Source: Candidatus Scatousia excrementigallinarum (GTDB lineage Bacteria > Cyanobacteriota > Vampirovibrionia > Gastranaerophilales > Gastranaerophilaceae). Taken from it: 45,318 nt of DNA. The position numbers were made by a program, and so were the translations under genes. The number at the start of each line of letters is the position of its first letter. The first letter of the stretch is position 1. The notes beneath the pieces are model-generated. The model was not told where the DNA came from, did not search any database, and saw only the letters and a program-made list of their open reading frames with translations. Shown here one piece after another: positions 41,112 to 45,318 of this stretch. The stretch covers positions 1-45,318 of the forward strand of contig DVIU01000135.1 in assembly GCA_018711035.1 (NCBI GenBank). The letters are read 5' to 3'.

Positions 41112-43281
41112 TTACCGGCTTATTCTTATTTTCATAAAATCGGAATTTCATTACAGTTGTATTCCCTTTTTCCGTGTAGTCAACGGAAAACTCATTATAA
41201 AATTTAAAACCATGCTTTTCAAAGAAGTAATTAGTAAATCGGCATGCTGATTTGTAAGGATAAAATTTTGAAGAATTAGTTATAGGCATATCGTTTATAT
41301 CAATATACGAACAGACAATACCATCCGTTATATAATCATTTCCGGAATTACGGCTTTCGTATTTTTGAACATTTGTTGATAACTGCATATCATTAACGAG
41401 CATTAGCAGATTATATTTATCAAGATTTATATTATCAATATTTTCCGCTGTATCAAAATCAATATTGTATCCGTCAAATTCCATCATCTTGATAATAAGG
41501 AGAGTGTCTGAGGCATTAGAAAAATATAAAATTTTATTCCTTTTATCAATCATTCTGATTTTATCCCTTATACCGCAAGCAATATTAAATACGGGATAAT
41601 TTTTCATAAGATAAGGTTTAGCTTTTATATCCTTAAAAAATCCTGAACATGTTGCAATTTCTCTGACTTGAGAAACTGTGGCACCTTCTCTAAAATATGC
41701 AAAAATCCTGGTTGCAGCTCTTGCCCACAAATTTGTAGATACAAAAATAAGATAGAAAACTGCAAAGAAAACTATAATAAATTTTAAAGGATTATTCTTT
41801 CTGCAATAGGAATGAGCCAGCACCGGTGCCGAAACAACACAAAAAGAAGTAAGAAACCTTATACTGTATGTCATAAATTGAAGCTGGAATGACATTATAA
41901 AAATAGTCACAAGTAATATCACAGCAAAAGATAATATAAACCAGTCTTTCTTTTTTCTACTGAAAAACGGCTTTATAAGCGAAAGAAAAAGACATGGCAG
42001 ATAAACCAGAAATCCTAGAATTCCCAGCCCCATAAGAGGTTCCAGCAATGTATTATTTGAGATTGAAGAATCGGAAGAATTTAACCCGTCGTGAGAAACA
42101 AACAAACCTAAAGATGAAATAATAGTGTCGCGTAAATTGAGAATATGCACGCCTAATGTTTGATTCCAAGTAAATCCTGTAAAATCAAAAAACATAAAAA
42201 TATACTTTATAAAATCCGCAGGAACAGATTTTAACCCGTTATGGTTACTGTGTGCTGCAAGCAAAGAAGGTGACCCCGCTATATTTCCGTAATCGAGAAA
42301 GTTCAGAATATAATTATATGAAGCAAAGAAAATAAAACATATAACACCCCATAATAAAAATGACAGAAAAGGTTTATAAAAATACTTTTTCTTATAATAA
42401 ATACTCATTGCGGCCATCCATATTCCTACTCCGGGCACAAGGATAAGAGCAGGAGTTTTTGTCCCTATTGCAAGAGCATACGATAATGCAGATAATATTA
42501 CAGAGGAGCGTTTTTCTGATTTAAGATAGTTCCAGTAAAGATAGATACTCGAAAGAACAAGTCCTGCAATAATTATGTCTGTTTCTGTGCCTGAAATTTG
42601 GACAATTACAGAAGCAAAGGATGATGTAATAAATATTACCCATAATTTTCTGCGCAAAGAAAATCCCATATTTGATAAAATACCGTAAAGTGAAGTTAGT
42701 GAAAGAATAAATCCTGAAAATGAAAAAATACCGAACCATACACATTTTCTGACAAAAAGCAGTATCCATGCATACAAGATTTCGGAATTTACCGGTAAAT
42801 CCAGACATCTGGCTTCTGCGATACTAAAGTGATTTAAAATTTTGTTTGATATCCAGAATAAACTTCTAAGAACATGATAACCCTCGGCATCAGGATTGAC
42901 TACAGGCATAAAGCTTATTAACCACAAAGAAACCCCGCACATAAAAATTGTACAGATTGCGAGAACAAGAAGATACTTATCTTTCAAAAGAACCGTACAA
43001 AATGATTTAAACGAATTTTTTAATTTCAAATGAAACGCCGGTCTTCCTGCCCTGTACCAGAAAACTAAGGATAACGCGAAAATAAGAATATTCAGGATAA
43101 GGACTCCTGAACGTGATATTGCAGAAAATAAGGAAAGCACTTCAAAGGATAGCACTATATTGGCAAAAGCTGTAATAAGGAAATAAATAATTACCTCAAT
43201 CAATTTTTTATTTTCTAAAACAGAAACAAAGAAATATGATGATAAAAAAACTAAAATCAACGAAATGAAAAATAAAAGCAT
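41095..43281 (-). CDS. Polytopic membrane protein, GT-C-fold (ArnT/PMT-like) glycosyltransferase candidate with a 4-Cys C-terminal domain; paralog 1
   Basis: 728 aa with about 12 predicted TM spans. First-loop acidic/aromatic motif PVVNPDAEGYHVLRSLFW. The C-terminal ~230-aa soluble domain has conserved Cys residues. Clearly homologous along its full length to the next gene. Confidence 0.55.
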   Translation of the reverse strand: MLLFFISLILVFLSSYFFVSVLENKKLIEVIIYFLITAFANIVLSFEVLSLFSAISRSGVLILNILIFALSLVFWYRAGRPAFHLKLKNSFKSFCTVLLKDKYLLVLAICTIFMCGVSLWLISFMPVVNPDAEGYHVLRSLFWISNKILNHFSIAEARCLDLPVNSEILYAWILLFVRKCVWFGIFSFSGFILSLTSLYGILSNMGFSLRRKLWVIFITSSFASVIVQISGTETDIIIAGLVLSSIYLYWNYLKSEKRSSVILSALSYALAIGTKTPALILVPGVGIWMAAMSIYYKKKYFYKPFLSFLLWGVICFIFFASYNYILNFLDYGNIAGSPSLLAAHSNHNGLKSVPADFIKYIFMFFDFTGFTWNQTLGVHILNLRDTIISSLGLFVSHDGLNSSDSSISNNTLLEPLMGLGILGFLVYLPCLFLSLIKPFFSRKKKDWFILSFAVILLVTIFIMSFQLQFMTYSIRFLTSFCVVSAPVLAHSYCRKNNPLKFIIVFFAVFYLIFVSTNLWARAATRIFAYFREGATVSQVREIATCSGFFKDIKAKPYLMKNYPVFNIACGIRDKIRMIDKRNKILYFSNASDTLLIIKMMEFDGYNIDFDTAENIDNINLDKYNLLMLVNDMQLSTNVQKYESRNSGNDYITDGIVCSYIDINDMPITNSSKFYPYKSACRFTNYFFEKHGFKFYNEFSVDYTEKGNTTVMKFRFYENKNKPVINPLH

Positions 43282-43294
43282 ATTAATCTCCTTA

Positions 43295-45318
43295 TTATAT
43301 TTCCTGCTTATTCATATTCTTGTATACGTAATATTTATAAACATTATTTATTCCATTAAAGGTTTCTGAAAATTCTAAAGTGTCAAACAACACAAACTTC
43401 CTTTTTGCAAAAAAGCCGTCTTCAAACCTGCAAATAGAAACACAAGGTTTCTGTCTCGAAGGATTTAAAACAAAATTACCAAAAGCCTCATTGTATACGC
43501 AGAATACACCATCTGCGCGGTATACACCGTCTTTTGCCTGATTAATATTGTGGAAAAGATTTGAAACTTGCCTGTTTTCCATAGTTATAACATAACTATA
43601 CCTGCTTAAATCTATATATGAGCCATTTTCAATTAAATCAACGTCAATTTTATAACCGTCAAATACTAATTCTTTTATAAAAAATAGTGCGTCACCCTCA
43701 TGAGAAAAGTATAAAAACTTATCTTTGTTCGGAAACTTCTTAATATAATCCCTAATCGTGCAATAGACATTTGGAAAGGAATATTCGTTTTTAAAGGGAC
43801 CGCCTAAACATGATACATTATCACGGATTTTCTCAATTGAATTACCCTGCCCCAAAGCCTGCAAAACAGGCATAACATTTTTGCCGGTTATATTAAATGG
43901 AATATATAAAAACGAAAACATCACAATTAATGCCGTAATTAATTTATATAAAGACAAATTCTTATTATAAGAATGGTAAATTACCGGCGCGGCAACTAAA
44001 GCAAACGTCACTATAAATCGAATATTAAAAGACATATACACAAGAGAACATGACATCAGCAAAAAAGCTGCCAGAAAAATTATACTGAAAGAATTTAATA
44101 TAAATTCTTTTTTATTTTGTACAAAGAATATTCTAAATAAAGAGAATATTAAACACGGTAAAAATACTAAAATACCGGACAGCCCAAATCCGCTTCTGTG
44201 AGGACTAATTATCCCAAAACCCTTGTCGCTTGCGTACCGTCCGGTAAGCACCGGGCTTGAAAATAATTTAAATAAATATTTCTTGATTTCAAAAATAAAA
44301 TCCGAACAAACAAAAATTTTATCGTATTCCGGAAAATTAAACATACTTAATGCATAATTAATTAAATTAAATAGAAATCCCCTAATACCTGCCTGATTTT
44401 GATGTGAATAATTGAGCGAAGATACCGAGAAAAAATTTCCGTAATTTATAAAGTTTAAAATATAGTTATAAGAAGAAAATATCAGAAAGTTTAAAATCAA
44501 AAATAAACTAAATAGAGCAAAATCTTTAAATACTTTTTTCCCCTCATATCGAAAACCTGCTGTAATAAACCATAACATTACAGCAGGCAGCAAGAACAAA
44601 GCAGAAGATTTAACCCCGATTGCCACAGCCATAGACAGTGCAGACATATAAACAGCGGCAAAAGAGTGTTTCTGCATATTATCGATAAGCAAATATATTG
44701 AAGCTAATACCAGAGCCGCAATCATAATATTTGTTTCATTCGAAGAAAGATAAGCAATCACAGCAGTAAATGATGAAACCGTAAAAATTACCCACAATCC
44801 GGCTCTTAAAGAAACCGCTATTCGTGATAAAATACCTAAAAGAGATACTATATACACTATGAAAGCAGCAATGGAAAAGAAGCTTAGAAAAACATCTCTC
44901 TTTAAAAATAGAAGAACCCATGTATATAAAATTTCAGAATTTATCGGAAAACACAGCATCCTTGCATCAGAAACATTAAAATGATTGAAATTTCCGTTAT
45001 CTATCCAGAATAAGCACCTCACAACATGATAAAAATACGAAGCAGCATCATTTGCAGGCATAACGTAAGATAGAAAAACAGCACTAATAAGCATTATTAC
45101 AAACCCCAGAGAGAGAATCAAAAGTATTCTATCCTGTAATAAAGCATTTTTTAAACGTGAAAAAATTTTACGAAATTCAGGTTTTAAAATAGGACGCCCT
45201 TTTATAATCCACAGAATCAAGATAGCTGAAAATAACAGGATATTCCCCGCAAGAACTCCTTTAACCGAGATTTTGGAAAATAATGAAAGGATTTCAAAGG
45301 TTAATATTATATTGGCAA
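43295..45318 (-). CDS. Paralog 2 of the GT-C-like membrane protein; N-terminus runs off the window edge
   Basis: The frame stays open upstream of the tracked TTG at 45220 up to nt 45318. The extra residues (ANIILTFEILSLFSKISVKGVLAGNILLFSAILILW) align with residues ~40-75 of paralog 1 (ANIVLSFEVLSLFSAISRSGVLILNILIFALSLVFW). A 13-nt gap separates it from paralog 1. Confidence 0.55.
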   Translation of the reverse strand, partial: ANIILTFEILSLFSKISVKGVLAGNILLFSAILILWIIKGRPILKPEFRKIFSRLKNALLQDRILLILSLGFVIMLISAVFLSYVMPANDAASYFYHVVRCLFWIDNGNFNHFNVSDARMLCFPINSEILYTWVLLFLKRDVFLSFFSIAAFIVYIVSLLGILSRIAVSLRAGLWVIFTVSSFTAVIAYLSSNETNIMIAALVLASIYLLIDNMQKHSFAAVYMSALSMAVAIGVKSSALFLLPAVMLWFITAGFRYEGKKVFKDFALFSLFLILNFLIFSSYNYILNFINYGNFFSVSSLNYSHQNQAGIRGFLFNLINYALSMFNFPEYDKIFVCSDFIFEIKKYLFKLFSSPVLTGRYASDKGFGIISPHRSGFGLSGILVFLPCLIFSLFRIFFVQNKKEFILNSFSIIFLAAFLLMSCSLVYMSFNIRFIVTFALVAAPVIYHSYNKNLSLYKLITALIVMFSFLYIPFNITGKNVMPVLQALGQGNSIEKIRDNVSCLGGPFKNEYSFPNVYCTIRDYIKKFPNKDKFLYFSHEGDALFFIKELVFDGYKIDVDLIENGSYIDLSRYSYVITMENRQVSNLFHNINQAKDGVYRADGVFCVYNEAFGNFVLNPSRQKPCVSICRFEDGFFAKRKFVLFDTLEFSETFNGINNVYKYYVYKNMNKQEI

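Noticed and set aside
1-45318. CRISPR arrays, IS elements/transposases, integrases, prophage genes and known defence systems
   Set aside because: I found no regularly spaced direct repeats. No ORF has DDE/tyrosine- or serine-recombinase, nuclease-helicase or methyltransferase motifs. Nearly every large ORF has a housekeeping or envelope assignment.

Overview
AT-rich (about one-third G+C by eye), very gene-dense bacterial chromosomal window with 43 protein-coding genes or fragments and 2 tRNAs. Most of it is housekeeping. It holds glnA (5'-truncated by the window edge), a DUF512 radical-SAM gene, a B12/radical-SAM + DUF2344 fusion next to RNase E/G, panE, an HD-GYP protein, a lytic transglycosylase, MlaD, lpxK and nth. 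It also holds a trimeric NuoE/NuoF-type [FeFe] hydrogenase (hydC-hydB-hydA), skp, a ShlB/FhaC-type outer-membrane transporter, bioD-bioA, nupC, pth, a TPR protein, pilC/gspF, clpC, tRNA-Lys(UUU) and tRNA-Glu(UUC). Diderm markers (lpxK, skp, mlaD, TpsB), a cyanobacterial-type ClpC and a fermentative FeFe hydrogenase suggest a non-photosynthetic cyanobacterial relative (Melainabacteria/Vampirovibrionia-like). That lineage call is inference only. I see no CRISPR array, transposase, integrase or recognisable defence system. The most unusual signals all concern surface-glycan-type genes. (1) The only long G/C homopolymers in the window, G9 and G8, both lie inside glycosyltransferase-like ORFs, where any length change truncates the protein; this looks like phase-variable contingency loci. 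(2) A diverged, in-frame ghost copy of the last ~40 codons of one of those genes sits directly after its stop codon. (3) A 1060-aa tail-anchored GT5 (glycogen-synthase-like) protein carries large insertions and a (G-x-Y)n 9-nt tandem repeat. (4) Two tandem paralogous ~700-aa polytopic GT-C-like proteins share a 4-Cys C-terminal domain. Other items are an unannotated 31-codon mini-gene with its own SD and terminator, a BlaI-like/unknown/PadR-like/DUF512 gene string, an orphan TpsB and a near-identical promoter module in front of both tRNAs. All family calls come from motif recognition by eye. No database search was run.
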